Made by a program: the position numbers and the translations under genes. DNA of 64,000 nt from contig JBIIJQ010000004.1 of the NCBI GenBank assembly GCA_044233655.1, forward strand, positions 16,079-80,078, in the 5' to 3' direction. Below the pieces are notes generated by a model, which was not told the DNA's origin, did no database searches, and saw nothing but the letters and a program-made list of their open reading frames with translations. Source of the DNA: Chitinophagaceae bacterium. Lineage in GTDB: Bacteria > Bacteroidota > Bacteroidia > Chitinophagales > Chitinophagaceae. Shown here one piece after another: positions 1 through 10,113 of this stretch. Within the stretch, counting starts at the first letter, position 1, and the number at the start of each line of letters is the position of its first letter.

Positions 1-390
1 ATCATCTTTCAATAAGCCTGCTTTATTGGCAAGCCAAAAAAAGGTACTAGCGATAAACAATACAAAAAAAGTATATAAAAGGCCACCTGTTAAGTTATTG
101 ACCCATCCTAGAAATACTTTATCGAGAAAAGTTTCAACTAATTTCACACCTGATCGAAATGCAAACAATACTAGTAAAAAAATAATTATAAAACTAAGCA
201 ACAATGTGTATTGACCTGTAAGAATATTGTTTTTGAATAAATAGTCGGCGAGTGTATGCGATAGTTTTAAAGAAAGTATAATGCCTATGATTACAGCTAC
301 AAATGAAAAAACAGCCCATAATAATCCCTTTTTCCAGCCTCTTATAAAAGCGAGAATTGAAATAATGAGTACGATGCCATCTAATATCAT
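1..390 (-). CDS. cvpA: CvpA-family membrane protein; the 3' end runs off the window
   Basis: Absent from the ORF track because there is no stop in the window. My minus-strand translation from the ATG at 388-390 reads MILDGIVLIISILAFIRGWKKGLLWAVFSFVAVIIGIILSLKLSH... It is polytopic and hydrophobic, with the RGWKKGL motif typical of CvpA N-termini. Confidence 0.55.
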   Translation of the reverse strand, partial: MILDGIVLIISILAFIRGWKKGLLWAVFSFVAVIIGIILSLKLSHTLADYLFKNNILTGQYTLLLSFIIIFLLVLFAFRSGVKLVETFLDKVFLGWVNNLTGGLLYTFFVLFIASTFFWLANKAGLLKDD

Positions 391-400
391 AGAAAGTGAA

Positions 401-853
401 TTAAGAAGCTAAAAGTTCTTTTACAATAGAGGAAATTAATTTACCATCAGCTTTGCCAGCAAGTTGTTTGGTCGCTACTCCCATTACTTTTCCCATGTCG
501 GCAGGTGAATTGGCGCCAGTACTTGCAATGATTGATTTTACAGCCTCACGTATTTCGTTTTCATCGAGTTGTGTTGGAAGGAATTTTTCAATGATGGCGA
601 GTTCTTCACGTTCTTTCAATGCAAGATCTTCTCTATTTTGAGCTACAAATACTTCAAGTGAATCTTTACGCTGTTTAGCTAATTTTTGCAATAGCTTAAT
701 CTCGTCGTCTTCTGTAATTTCTCCTACTTTGCCATCAGCTGTTTTGGCAAGTAAAATAGCCGATTTGATAGCTCGTAAACCACGAAGAGCAGCTTCGTTT
801 TTTGCCAGCATGGCAGCCTTTAATTCGGTCATTATATTTTGTTCGAGTGACAT
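401..853 (-). CDS. yqeY: GatB/YqeY domain-containing protein
   Basis: 150 aa. The N-terminus ELKAAMLAKNEAALRGLRAIKSAILLAK and the C-terminal GKADGKLISSIVKELL match the YqeY pattern. Confidence 0.9.
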   Translation of the reverse strand: MSLEQNIMTELKAAMLAKNEAALRGLRAIKSAILLAKTADGKVGEITEDDEIKLLQKLAKQRKDSLEVFVAQNREDLALKEREELAIIEKFLPTQLDENEIREAVKSIIASTGANSPADMGKVMGVATKQLAGKADGKLISSIVKELLAS

Positions 854-874
854 ATGTTGAAATTTTATTATAGT

Positions 875-1222
875 TTATAATTGATTTTTTTTCATTTCCT
901 CTTCCATTTTTACTTTAAATGATTTTGAAAATGTTCTAATTTCTTCTGCTAACTCAGGTTGATTGGTGGCACGTTGGTAGGTGTCAGCCATGGTCATCAT
1001 AGTTTGAAAAAAGAAATCATTCATTTCATCTACCATCATTTTTTTAGTCCAAAGGTCTATACGCAACGCTGCATTTTCGTTCAAATCCCAAATGCTCAAC
1101 ATGAAAGCTTTTGCTTCAGTGGGTTTTTCTACGCCACCTTCGGCTGCTTGCCAATGGATGGTTTCAGGTACTTTTTGTTCGTCGAGGGTTATATTAAGTT
1201 GTATAGTAGAAGATGGTTTCAT
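875..1222 (-). CDS. gldC: Gliding motility protein GldC
   Basis: 115 aa. LNITLDEQKVPETIHWQA...AKAFMLSIWD...LRIDLWTKKMMVDEMNDFFFQT matches my recollection of GldC from Flavobacterium. It sits next to T9SS genes. Confidence 0.75.
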   Translation of the reverse strand: MKPSSTIQLNITLDEQKVPETIHWQAAEGGVEKPTEAKAFMLSIWDLNENAALRIDLWTKKMMVDEMNDFFFQTMMTMADTYQRATNQPELAEEIRTFSKSFKVKMEEEMKKNQL

Positions 1223-1288
1223 TCCTTGATAATTTTGTTAGAAAGTGCAAATTAAAAGGATATTCTACACAAAAAGTAATAAAACAAA

Positions 1289-2305
1289 TTAAAATCTAGG
1301 ACAGCCGTAGGTTCTACTTAATTCGTTGCCTTTCTTGTAATTACCTTGCAATATCAAGGATAATTCAAATGCACCAAGTCCATTATTACCTTGGCTCATT
1401 TGTGAGATAGTGTGGTCATAGCTGAATATAAATTTATTTTGTTTGAATTTATATCCTGCTGCGGCAATTACGGCATCTTTATTACGATAAAATGCGCCTA
1501 GTATCAATTCATTTGAAATGATACTTGTGCCACCACCTGTATTGATATTGAAGAGGGACCCCATAACCAATTCACTTGCTTTTTTCTCACGAGTATAATA
1601 AACAGATGGGTTCAACATTACATTGTCACTAGCTTTAAATACAATATCCAAATTAGCAATTGGTCTAAAACCTTTACGATTGCTCATGCCATAAAATGTT
1701 TCGATGGGCTGATTGATATGCATACCACCTACACTCATGGTGATGAATAAGTTATTATTGTTGGCATATGAGTAATTCATTCCAGCACTCATGTCCATAT
1801 AAGTCGACTTTTGCCTTGTAAATGTTTCTTGATTGGAAACTCCTTTATTAAACGAAAACTCATCCCATTGCACATCAAAAGTCAATTTACTTATATCTAC
1901 GCTTCGCTGATTATATGACATTCCTAAACCTGCAGATAACGTACTTCGATCACTTACCAGTAAATGATAGGCTAAGTTGGCCTGTATCTTAGTCAATGCG
2001 AGGTTGCCATTACCTGCTACATCACGCCACATAGCAAGTCCTGTGCCTATCCAGCTTGTTTCCCACTTGTCGCGCATCAATCCAAAATCGGCAAACGCAC
2101 TAAACGTGTTATAGGGAATTGGTGTTGTCGCCCATTGATTTCTGAGGTTGACTCCTGCACGCCAATCATTGTCTTGTAGAAAGCCAGTATTTGCTGGATT
2201 CAATAACATAGGTGCATTATAGTATTGAGAAAAATGCATTCCTTGTGCTTTTGCAATCGAGCTAGAAATACTAGCAAGGATAAAAAATGTAAATAATTTT
2301 TTCAC
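1289..2305 (-). CDS. PorP/SprF family type IX secretion system membrane protein
   Basis: 338 aa with a signal peptide, then AQGMHFSQYYNAPMLLNPANTG, the canonical PorP/SprF N-terminus. It lies immediately downstream of a type-B CTD cargo gene. Confidence 0.85.
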   Translation of the reverse strand: MKKLFTFFILASISSSIAKAQGMHFSQYYNAPMLLNPANTGFLQDNDWRAGVNLRNQWATTPIPYNTFSAFADFGLMRDKWETSWIGTGLAMWRDVAGNGNLALTKIQANLAYHLLVSDRSTLSAGLGMSYNQRSVDISKLTFDVQWDEFSFNKGVSNQETFTRQKSTYMDMSAGMNYSYANNNNLFITMSVGGMHINQPIETFYGMSNRKGFRPIANLDIVFKASDNVMLNPSVYYTREKKASELVMGSLFNINTGGGTSIISNELILGAFYRNKDAVIAAAGYKFKQNKFIFSYDHTISQMSQGNNGLGAFELSLILQGNYKKGNELSRTYGCPRF

Positions 2306-2316
2306 GATACGTAAGT

Positions 2317-5300
2317 TTATTTGAGTAAAGTAATATTGCCTTTTTTGAAATCTTTGGTGCCATCAAAAAATGTAACTGAAAGTGTATAGCCATATACTTC
2401 CATTTCTTGCATTATGCTTTTATAACGACCATCCCAACCATCGGATTTACGAGTAGATTCAAAGACTTTTTCGCCCCAACGATTAAATATTCTAAAAGTC
2501 ATTTTGTCTATACCATAACCTTTTACATACACTACATCATTGATGCCGTCTCCATTGGGAGAAAAGCCGGTAGGAACATCAACGAGTGGTAACACGATTC
2601 CTCTAACAGGTTTGCAAACTGTATCGACACAGCCATATTCATTCGTAGCTGTAAGACATACATTATAGGTGCCATCTTTATCGTACACATGTACTGGGTT
2701 TGTGATTGTATCTGTCGTACCATCACCAAAGTCCCAGAGGTAACGTTTAGCACCCGTCGATAAATTTGTAAATTGGTTTGGTGTATTTGGTTCAGGAGGA
2801 TTAGGTGTCCAACTAAAGTCGGCCACTGGAGATGGAAATACATTTATAACTTTTTGAGATGTATCAAAAAGATTACAAGTAGCTGGATTCCCTGATACTA
2901 AGAAAACGGTATAAGTACCAGCAGAGTTGTAGGTATTAGATGGGTTAGCTTGTGTAGATGTATTGCCATCGCCAAATATCCAATTCCAAGTAGTTGCATT
3001 TGTTGATTGATCTATAAAATTGACAAGGGCCGGTAAGCAGACTGAGTCGGGCATATCAAACGCTGATAGTACGACGCTTGAGATAAAATCGAGCACAATT
3101 GTTTTTACAGAGGGATTGTTACAAGCATTGGTATCGTTCATTGTAAGCGTGATAGTATATGTACTTGCCGATGGGTAAGGGATCAAGCCTGGATTTGGAC
3201 CTGAGAATGATGACCCATTTCCAAGATCCCAAGTATATATTACACCAGGTCCTGGAGGGCCATTATTGGTGGTACTGGTATTGGTAATCGTAGCGGTATA
3301 AGGCCCGCATGAATCTACTTTTGTAACCGTAAAATTTGCAAAAATTGAATCGTCTACTACGGTCACTACAATTTGGTTAGTATCGCTCGTTGCTGTACAT
3401 CCATTTGGATTCGATGCAACTAAAGTAACTGTAAATATACCAGCTGTTGTATAAGTATGGGTTGGTGCAAATGCATTGGAGGTATTACCATCGCCAAAAT
3501 CCCACGAATAGGTGGTTGAACTAGAGCTATTATTTTGAAAAGTAACTGCAAAAGGGACACAACCTTTTAATGGTCCTGCTGCCGAGGCAATTGCATTTGG
3601 GTTTTGTAATTGAAAATCAATTTTTACAGCACCTAGATTACAGTTCAAGCTACCATTTGTTGTAGACCATGCACCAACAGTTGTTGGGAAAAGTTGACTT
3701 CCTCCACAGGCAGCACAAATAGCTTGATATATAACACCATTTGGGTCAAATCGACTCGTCCCTCCATCCACATGTTCTCCTCCGCCACCACTTTGTCCAA
3801 AAAAGGTTGCATATAATAGATTTTGAAAGTTTTTGCTAAACACAATGAAATAAAAATCGCTACCATCTGTAGTCGATTGAATTGCTCCTGCCGTAGTAGG
3901 CATTCCTATTGTGTTGCCAGGGTTTCCGCCTGTAGGGCCTCCCCATCCAGAAACATAAATACTACCGCATTTGTCAACTAAAAAAGCAACAGGTGAAATG
4001 TTCGTTGTAAAGTTAGTGCCACTACCATATACAGTGGATGCCAAAATAGAAGTAAGTGTATTGTTTATTTTGGTTACAAATTGAGATGAGCTTGGATTTG
4101 TATATACACCTGCAGTAACTGGATATGGACCAGTTGTTTGGCCCATTACATATACATGGTTACTATCATCGGTTTGTACACCATATACTTGGTCGTAAGA
4201 GTTAGTTCCTATAAATGTACCAGCTTGTAATGCATGCGTACTAGCATTAAATTTTAGTAAAAAACCATCTATGGCCCCTTGATATGAAGGATTTAAAGTG
4301 CCGGGTGTTACAGTTAAATTACTACTTTCGGTACCCCCCGCAACATACAATGTATTTGGGTTGGTTTTATCAAAAGATAATACATAACAAGCATCGTTAG
4401 CCGAACCACCCCAATAAGTACTCCAAATAAGGTTAGAACAAGTGTTATTTAATTCAAATATTACGCCATCTTGACTTCCAGATAGGGCAGCTTGGTTAGG
4501 TTGAGCTGTTGGGAAATTGACTGAAGAAGTACTAGCCGCAATCCATAAATTATTATTGGCGTCTGTAATTATTTCAGATCGTGCATCATCGCCATAATTA
4601 TGTTTTAAGCTAAGTAAAGTTGTATAAACAGGTGTTATATTTTCTCCGTCAGCACCGTTTCCACCTATGTATGTTGAGCCAATAAGTGCAGTACCAGTGC
4701 TATTAAGTTTTGTAACAAATAAATCAGCTGCTCCATTCGCTGTATTGTCAAAACAACCTGCAGAAGTAGGAAAATTATTAGAATAAGTTCTTCCGGCTAT
4801 TGCTAAATTGCCATTGTTGTCTACTACAATACTATGAGGTTGGTCATTGTCTACACCTCCTAAATAAGTGGAGTATATAAGTGCACTGCCCGCGGCATTG
4901 AATTTGCTAATAACTGCATCACATCCAAATCCACCGCCCCCTATACCGCTTCCACCATAGGTGGCTTGGAATGCACCAGCAATAAGTGGGTATCCTAGGC
5001 CTTGTGCAATGCCTCCAGAATAAAAATTGCCAGATGTGTCGTAAGTCGCTGTAAATCCCCAGTTATCTGCTGTAGAGCCAGTAAGGGAAGAGAAAATAAG
5101 AACGGGGTCGACAATCAATTGAACATCATCGTTAAAACCTTTTGGAAATTGAAAGCTAACTTGGTTTTCTTCGTTTAAAACATATTTACAAGGAACTTCT
5201 TTTTTAGTATTATTGATAAACTGATAAGCATAAGGTGCTAATTCAGTATTTGTTCCTACAGATGTTGTGATGATTAATTTGTTATTTTCAAGCTTGATTG

Positions 5301-5916
5301 AATTAATACCTGTATAACTTATTTTTATTTTTTTTACGTCCGCACCTGGATTTACAATTAAATCATATTTTACATTTCCAGATTCTGAATAAATATGGGC
5401 ATCAATGCCATCATAGAGGTCTTTATAGTTAACTGCTAATACAGGATATATTTCAGATTTCCACTTAGATGCATCGTTTCCAAGAAAATAATTATAATAA
5501 TGCTTTTGTTTTTTTTCTACAGAAACATCATGTACTTGATTAGAATTTACAAAATTCATATCATATACATGGTAATTGAAAGTCTGAATGCTTGGTGTAG
5601 GAGTTGAGTGAAGCTGTCTTCTTAATTCATGAAAGTCAGCACCTAATTGCATAATTCTAAACCCACTGCGTTTAAGAAATATATCGCCATTTGGCGTATT
5701 GCCTCGATAAATAAAATCGCCATCCCATTGTCCTTTATTTTCGATATACTCTACAGTAGAATAATTATGTGCATGCTGTGCATATAAGATTTGGCTTGAT
5801 AAAAAAACCAATAACACAAAAGGGATTAAAAATATCTTTTTCAAAGCAAACGATTTTGTAAGTAAATATAAAGATTTTATTGCGAAAGTCAATAATCTAT
5901 AGACGAAAAAAAACAA
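2317..5916 (-). CDS. Large T9SS cargo protein with beta-propeller-like repeats, several PKD-like domains and a gliding-motility-type (type B) C-terminal sorting domain
   Basis: 1199 aa. PKD-type motifs recur (YSWDFGDGNTS, WNWIFGDGNTS, YLWDFGDGTTD). The C-terminal VPTGFSPNGDGINDVVYVKGYG...FRIFNRWGEKVF is the CHU_C/type B sorting signature. The true start is possibly the TTG at 5844 (LKKIFLIPFVLLVF signal peptide). Confidence 0.85.
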   Translation of the reverse strand: MFFFVYRLLTFAIKSLYLLTKSFALKKIFLIPFVLLVFLSSQILYAQHAHNYSTVEYIENKGQWDGDFIYRGNTPNGDIFLKRSGFRIMQLGADFHELRRQLHSTPTPSIQTFNYHVYDMNFVNSNQVHDVSVEKKQKHYYNYFLGNDASKWKSEIYPVLAVNYKDLYDGIDAHIYSESGNVKYDLIVNPGADVKKIKISYTGINSIKLENNKLIITTSVGTNTELAPYAYQFINNTKKEVPCKYVLNEENQVSFQFPKGFNDDVQLIVDPVLIFSSLTGSTADNWGFTATYDTSGNFYSGGIAQGLGYPLIAGAFQATYGGSGIGGGGFGCDAVISKFNAAGSALIYSTYLGGVDNDQPHSIVVDNNGNLAIAGRTYSNNFPTSAGCFDNTANGAADLFVTKLNSTGTALIGSTYIGGNGADGENITPVYTTLLSLKHNYGDDARSEIITDANNNLWIAASTSSVNFPTAQPNQAALSGSQDGVIFELNNTCSNLIWSTYWGGSANDACYVLSFDKTNPNTLYVAGGTESSNLTVTPGTLNPSYQGAIDGFLLKFNASTHALQAGTFIGTNSYDQVYGVQTDDSNHVYVMGQTTGPYPVTAGVYTNPSSSQFVTKINNTLTSILASTVYGSGTNFTTNISPVAFLVDKCGSIYVSGWGGPTGGNPGNTIGMPTTAGAIQSTTDGSDFYFIVFSKNFQNLLYATFFGQSGGGGEHVDGGTSRFDPNGVIYQAICAACGGSQLFPTTVGAWSTTNGSLNCNLGAVKIDFQLQNPNAIASAAGPLKGCVPFAVTFQNNSSSSTTYSWDFGDGNTSNAFAPTHTYTTAGIFTVTLVASNPNGCTATSDTNQIVVTVVDDSIFANFTVTKVDSCGPYTATITNTSTTNNGPPGPGVIYTWDLGNGSSFSGPNPGLIPYPSASTYTITLTMNDTNACNNPSVKTIVLDFISSVVLSAFDMPDSVCLPALVNFIDQSTNATTWNWIFGDGNTSTQANPSNTYNSAGTYTVFLVSGNPATCNLFDTSQKVINVFPSPVADFSWTPNPPEPNTPNQFTNLSTGAKRYLWDFGDGTTDTITNPVHVYDKDGTYNVCLTATNEYGCVDTVCKPVRGIVLPLVDVPTGFSPNGDGINDVVYVKGYGIDKMTFRIFNRWGEKVFESTRKSDGWDGRYKSIMQEMEVYGYTLSVTFFDGTKDFKKGNITLLK

Positions 5917-5952
5917 GAAACAGTTAGTAATCTACATTTTCAATTCAAATAG

Positions 5953-6576
5953 ATGTATTTTTGCTACACTATTAATAGTACAACTATGTTAAAAACAGGA
6001 AACCCAATTGTAAGTATATACACAGAAATGACTCCAAACCCTGAAACTATGAAGTTTGTGGCCAATAAATTATTATATCCTAGCAAAAGTATTGAATTTC
6101 AAAATGAAGTAGCAGCAGCTCCTTCGCCCTTGGCAAAAGAGTTGTTTGGGTTTCCATTTGTAAAAGGGGTCTTTATTGCAAGCAATTTTGTAACGCTAAC
6201 CAAAACACCCGATACCGATTGGAATGATGTGATTCCTAGTCTTCGCGAGTTTTTGAAAGAATATCTTGAGGAAGGGAAAGTGGTTATCAATGAAAATGAA
6301 ATTGTTGCAAAACAAGATAACAATATTGTATTGAGTGAGGATACTGATATCGTAGCTCGTATAAAAGAATTACTTGAAAACTATGTAAAACCTGCCGTAG
6401 AAATGGATGGCGGCGCCATTGCATTTAAAAGTTACAATGATGGAGTTGTATCATTGGTTTTGCAAGGTTCATGTAGTGGTTGTCCTTCATCTATGATTAC
6501 CTTAAAGTCGGGTATTGAAGGTATGATGAAGCGTATGATACCTGAAGTGAAAGAAGTAGTTGCAGAAGCAAACTAA
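5953..6576 (+). CDS. NifU/Nfu-type Fe-S cluster assembly protein
   Basis: The Nfu N-domain (TPNPETMKFVAN) plus a C-terminal NifU domain with the CSGCPSS motif. The likely true start is the ATG at 5986 (MLKTGNPIV). Confidence 0.85.
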   Translation: MYFCYTINSTTMLKTGNPIVSIYTEMTPNPETMKFVANKLLYPSKSIEFQNEVAAAPSPLAKELFGFPFVKGVFIASNFVTLTKTPDTDWNDVIPSLREFLKEYLEEGKVVINENEIVAKQDNNIVLSEDTDIVARIKELLENYVKPAVEMDGGAIAFKSYNDGVVSLVLQGSCSGCPSSMITLKSGIEGMMKRMIPEVKEVVAEAN

Positions 6577-6680
6577 ATTTCTAAGAATGCAATATTTATT
6601 TTACGGAAAGATAATAAAAGAACTAGAATAATAAAATCGTTTTTTGTTCTTCTTATTTATATTTTTGTGACTGACGTATT

Positions 6681-8183
6681 ATGCAATCACTTTCTCAACA
6701 GCAACGGTTACTTCAAAAGTTATCTCCTCAGCAAATTCAATTGATGAAATTGTTGCAGGTGCCTACTGCCATGCTTGAAGAACGTATCAAAGAGGAAATG
6801 GAAGAGAATCCTGCCTTGGAAGTTAGCAGTGAAGATTATGAAGAAAAAACACTCGATGAAAAAACGAATGAGGAAATAAAAGATGAATTTTCGACCGATG
6901 ATAATGATGATTATATTGCCGAAGAAACAGATACAGACGAGTTTGAACGAATCGATATCACCGAGTATGTAAAAGAAGGAGACGATGATGATGCTGATTA
7001 CAATTTCCAAGCAGACGCCTACAATGCCGATGACGAAAAAGTAGGTTATCAACCTCGTTTTGAAGTTTCATTTTACGAGCATTTAAAAGCACAAATTAAT
7101 TTATTGAATCTGGATTCTAAACGCTATCAAATAGCAGAATTCATTATTGGGAGTATTGACGATGATGGCTACTTGCGTCGCGATATTCCATCTATTGTTG
7201 ATGATTTATCGTTTCGTCAAAATGTATCAACAGATGAAAAAGAAGTTCGAGAAATAGTGAAATTAGTTCAGGAACTCGAACCTGCAGGTGTTGCTGCGGC
7301 CGATTTGAGAGAATGCCTTTTACTTCAATTGAAGAAGAAAGGTTCAAATATGAATGTGCTTTATGCAATCAAAATTCTTGAAAAGTTTTTTTATGAATTT
7401 ACCAAAAAGCATTACAAAAAAATTCAACGTTCGATGAATCTGAATGATGAAGATTTGAAAGAAATTATTCAAGTAATCGTTAAACTAAATCCAAAGCCAG
7501 GGGCATATTATACAGGAGGTAGCAAAACTGAAGCATACATAGTACCAGATTTTATAATCTACAACAATAACGGCGTATTGGAAATTCAGTTGAATCAAAA
7601 AAATGCACCCGACTTAAGAGTAAGTTCAACTTTCAGAGATATGCTCAAGGATTATGACCGAGGGGATAAAAAGGATAATAGGCAGAAAGAAGCTGTACTC
7701 TTTATCAAGCAAAAAATTGATTCGGCCAAATGGTTTATCGATGCAGTAAGACAGCGGCAAGAGACATTGATGCTTACCATGACAAGAATTATGCATTTGC
7801 AAGAAGAGTTTTTTCTAACAGGCGATGAAACAAGCTTGAGGCCAATGATACTGAAAGATGTCTCTGATCGAACAGGCATGGATATTTCGACGATTTCGAG
7901 AGTAGTTAATAGTAAATTTGTTCAAACCGAGTTTGGTACATTCAAACTCAAGTATTTTTTCTCAGAATCCATGTCAACCGATAGTGGTGAAGAGGTATCG
8001 ACTCGAGAAGTGAAGATGATATTGAATCAGATGATACAACAAGAAGAGAAACGGTCGCCATTGTCGGATGAAAAACTAACCGAGATGCTCAACGAAAAAG
8101 GCTATAATATAGCAAGGAGAACTGTTGCGAAATATCGAGAACAACTCAATTTACCAGTCGCTAGACTGCGAAAAGAATTGTAA
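6681..8183 (+). CDS. rpoN: RNA polymerase sigma-54 factor
   Basis: 500 aa. N-terminal QQRLLQKLSPQQIQLMKLLQ, an acidic linker, and the C-terminal RpoN box ARRTVAKYREQL. Confidence 0.95.
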   Translation: MQSLSQQQRLLQKLSPQQIQLMKLLQVPTAMLEERIKEEMEENPALEVSSEDYEEKTLDEKTNEEIKDEFSTDDNDDYIAEETDTDEFERIDITEYVKEGDDDDADYNFQADAYNADDEKVGYQPRFEVSFYEHLKAQINLLNLDSKRYQIAEFIIGSIDDDGYLRRDIPSIVDDLSFRQNVSTDEKEVREIVKLVQELEPAGVAAADLRECLLLQLKKKGSNMNVLYAIKILEKFFYEFTKKHYKKIQRSMNLNDEDLKEIIQVIVKLNPKPGAYYTGGSKTEAYIVPDFIIYNNNGVLEIQLNQKNAPDLRVSSTFRDMLKDYDRGDKKDNRQKEAVLFIKQKIDSAKWFIDAVRQRQETLMLTMTRIMHLQEEFFLTGDETSLRPMILKDVSDRTGMDISTISRVVNSKFVQTEFGTFKLKYFFSESMSTDSGEEVSTREVKMILNQMIQQEEKRSPLSDEKLTEMLNEKGYNIARRTVAKYREQLNLPVARLRKEL

Positions 8184-8280
8184 AATGCTATTGTATATTT
8201 ATAGAGTTAGAACAGTAAAATAACGTTAATTTCCTATTATTTTTCATACATTTGTCACCTTTCCTAATAAGAAATTTCAT

Positions 8281-10062
8281 ATGTCTACAAGCGAAAATTA
8301 TATACTCAAAGAAGAGAAGGTATTTATTCCTTCTACTACATGGTTTGAAGAACGAGCCATCGCCGATTTACCTACAGAACATAATCAACAGAATTTAATC
8401 GATGCATTGGTCGAGCGCTTTCAGGAGTTAGTCGATAAAGTAAACGAACTTCAAAAAGAATTTGATGCCACTTCGGATAAAATAAAACTGGCTGGTAAAG
8501 TAGTTCGAACAAAGTCATATATATGTACAGCAAAGGCTATAGGAGATTATCCATCGTTGCTCACGGTATTAGATAAAATTGAAGCTGTAATCAAAGTGGC
8601 AGTGGATGAAGTGTTGGTGCAAAAAGAGAAATTGTGTAATGAAGTTGAAGCCTTACTAGAGACTAAAGAATGGAAAAATGCAACAGACCAATTAAGAGAT
8701 TTGCAAAAAGCATTTAAAGATTTGCCAACTGTACCTGATTTGAAAAACGAAGAATTTAGACTACGTTTTGAAAAAGCGAAAGATGAATTTTTTAAAGGAA
8801 AACAAGCTAGTTTCGAAAGCTTTGAATTAGACCTCCTCGATAATTTATCAAAGAAACTAGAATTGTGTGAAAAAGCCGAAGCTTTACAGAATTCAGGTGA
8901 ATGGAAAAAGACAACTGAACTCTATCAGGAATTGAATGAGGAGTGGAAAAAAATAGGGATGGTGCCAAAGCATCGCATAGAAGAGTTGTGGTTTAGATTT
9001 AGTACTGCAAAGGATATTTTCTTTAACCGAAAAAGAGAACATATTGATGAAATAAAAGTAGAGCAAGGTGGTAACTTGGAGAAAAAATTAGAAATAGTTG
9101 CCAAAGCTGAAAGCATCAAAGAAAGTAAAGACTGGAAAAAAACATCTGAAGAGTTTGTTCAATTGATGGAAGATTGGAAGAAAATCGGACGTGTATCTCA
9201 AGATAAAAGCGATGAAGTATGGAATCAATTTCTGGAAGCAAAAAATCACTTTTTTCAAAATAAAGATGCCTACTATTCTAAAATAAAAGTACAACTCGAA
9301 GATAATTATGCTCGCAAAATGTCTATCGTAAATCATGCGGAGGAATTGCAACATTCAATGGATTTTGAAAATGCAACCAAAGAATTTATGGAGATGTTTG
9401 ATGAGTGGAAAACCATAGGAAGAACTCCCAAAGAATATGGCGATGATGCATGGGAACGTTTCCAAAAGGCAAAGAAAAATTTCTTTGATCGTAAGGATGC
9501 CAATCGTGATTTACGTAAACAAGAGATGTCGAAAGACTTGCAAGAAAGACTTATTCGAAATCGTGGCTTTTACAATAAAGTGAATCGTGAATTACAACGT
9601 GAAGAAGAATTGCTTTTTGATGTAAATGATCGATTGCAAAATTTGCCTGCCACACTTCGTTCGTATGAGAAACGAGAAGAGCTAAAAGAAATGGTGGAAG
9701 AAATTGAAAATAAAATCAACCAACTTAAAGCGAAGGTAAAAGATGTAAAAGAAAAAATATTTCAAGACGAACGAGAGATAAATTACATTTTGCGTGGTCC
9801 AAGAAAGAAAGAAAACACAAAAGAACAGCAATCTAAATCACATAAAAGCGAGTCATCAACCATTAAAAATGTAGTTATTGTAAATGATGCACCTATTGAT
9901 GAAACTCCAACTACAACAGAGGTTGAAACGAATGATGTAGATATGAATACAGCAACAATAGAACAAGATTCTACAACACCTGTTTCTTCTCCAGAGACTG
10001 AAATAACAGAAATAAACGTAGAAACAACCCCAACTTCAATCAATGATGAAATGGCCGACTAA
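8281..10062 (+). CDS. DUF349 domain-containing protein
   Basis: 593 aa with repeated about 75-aa units of the form W..A......L...WK.IG.V.......W.RF......FF, as in DUF349 proteins. It has an acidic T/E-rich tail. Confidence 0.75.
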   Translation: MSTSENYILKEEKVFIPSTTWFEERAIADLPTEHNQQNLIDALVERFQELVDKVNELQKEFDATSDKIKLAGKVVRTKSYICTAKAIGDYPSLLTVLDKIEAVIKVAVDEVLVQKEKLCNEVEALLETKEWKNATDQLRDLQKAFKDLPTVPDLKNEEFRLRFEKAKDEFFKGKQASFESFELDLLDNLSKKLELCEKAEALQNSGEWKKTTELYQELNEEWKKIGMVPKHRIEELWFRFSTAKDIFFNRKREHIDEIKVEQGGNLEKKLEIVAKAESIKESKDWKKTSEEFVQLMEDWKKIGRVSQDKSDEVWNQFLEAKNHFFQNKDAYYSKIKVQLEDNYARKMSIVNHAEELQHSMDFENATKEFMEMFDEWKTIGRTPKEYGDDAWERFQKAKKNFFDRKDANRDLRKQEMSKDLQERLIRNRGFYNKVNRELQREEELLFDVNDRLQNLPATLRSYEKREELKEMVEEIENKINQLKAKVKDVKEKIFQDEREINYILRGPRKKENTKEQQSKSHKSESSTIKNVVIVNDAPIDETPTTTEVETNDVDMNTATIEQDSTTPVSSPETEITEINVETTPTSINDEMAD

Positions 10063-10113
10063 TGAGCCTCTCACTTAAAAAGAACTTTTACTCCAAATTA
10101 TAAATAAAAAACA

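Noticed and set aside
26-214. A 62-aa plus-strand ORF at the window start
   Set aside because: It is antisense to a convincing CvpA-family frame that is open from 390 to the window edge.
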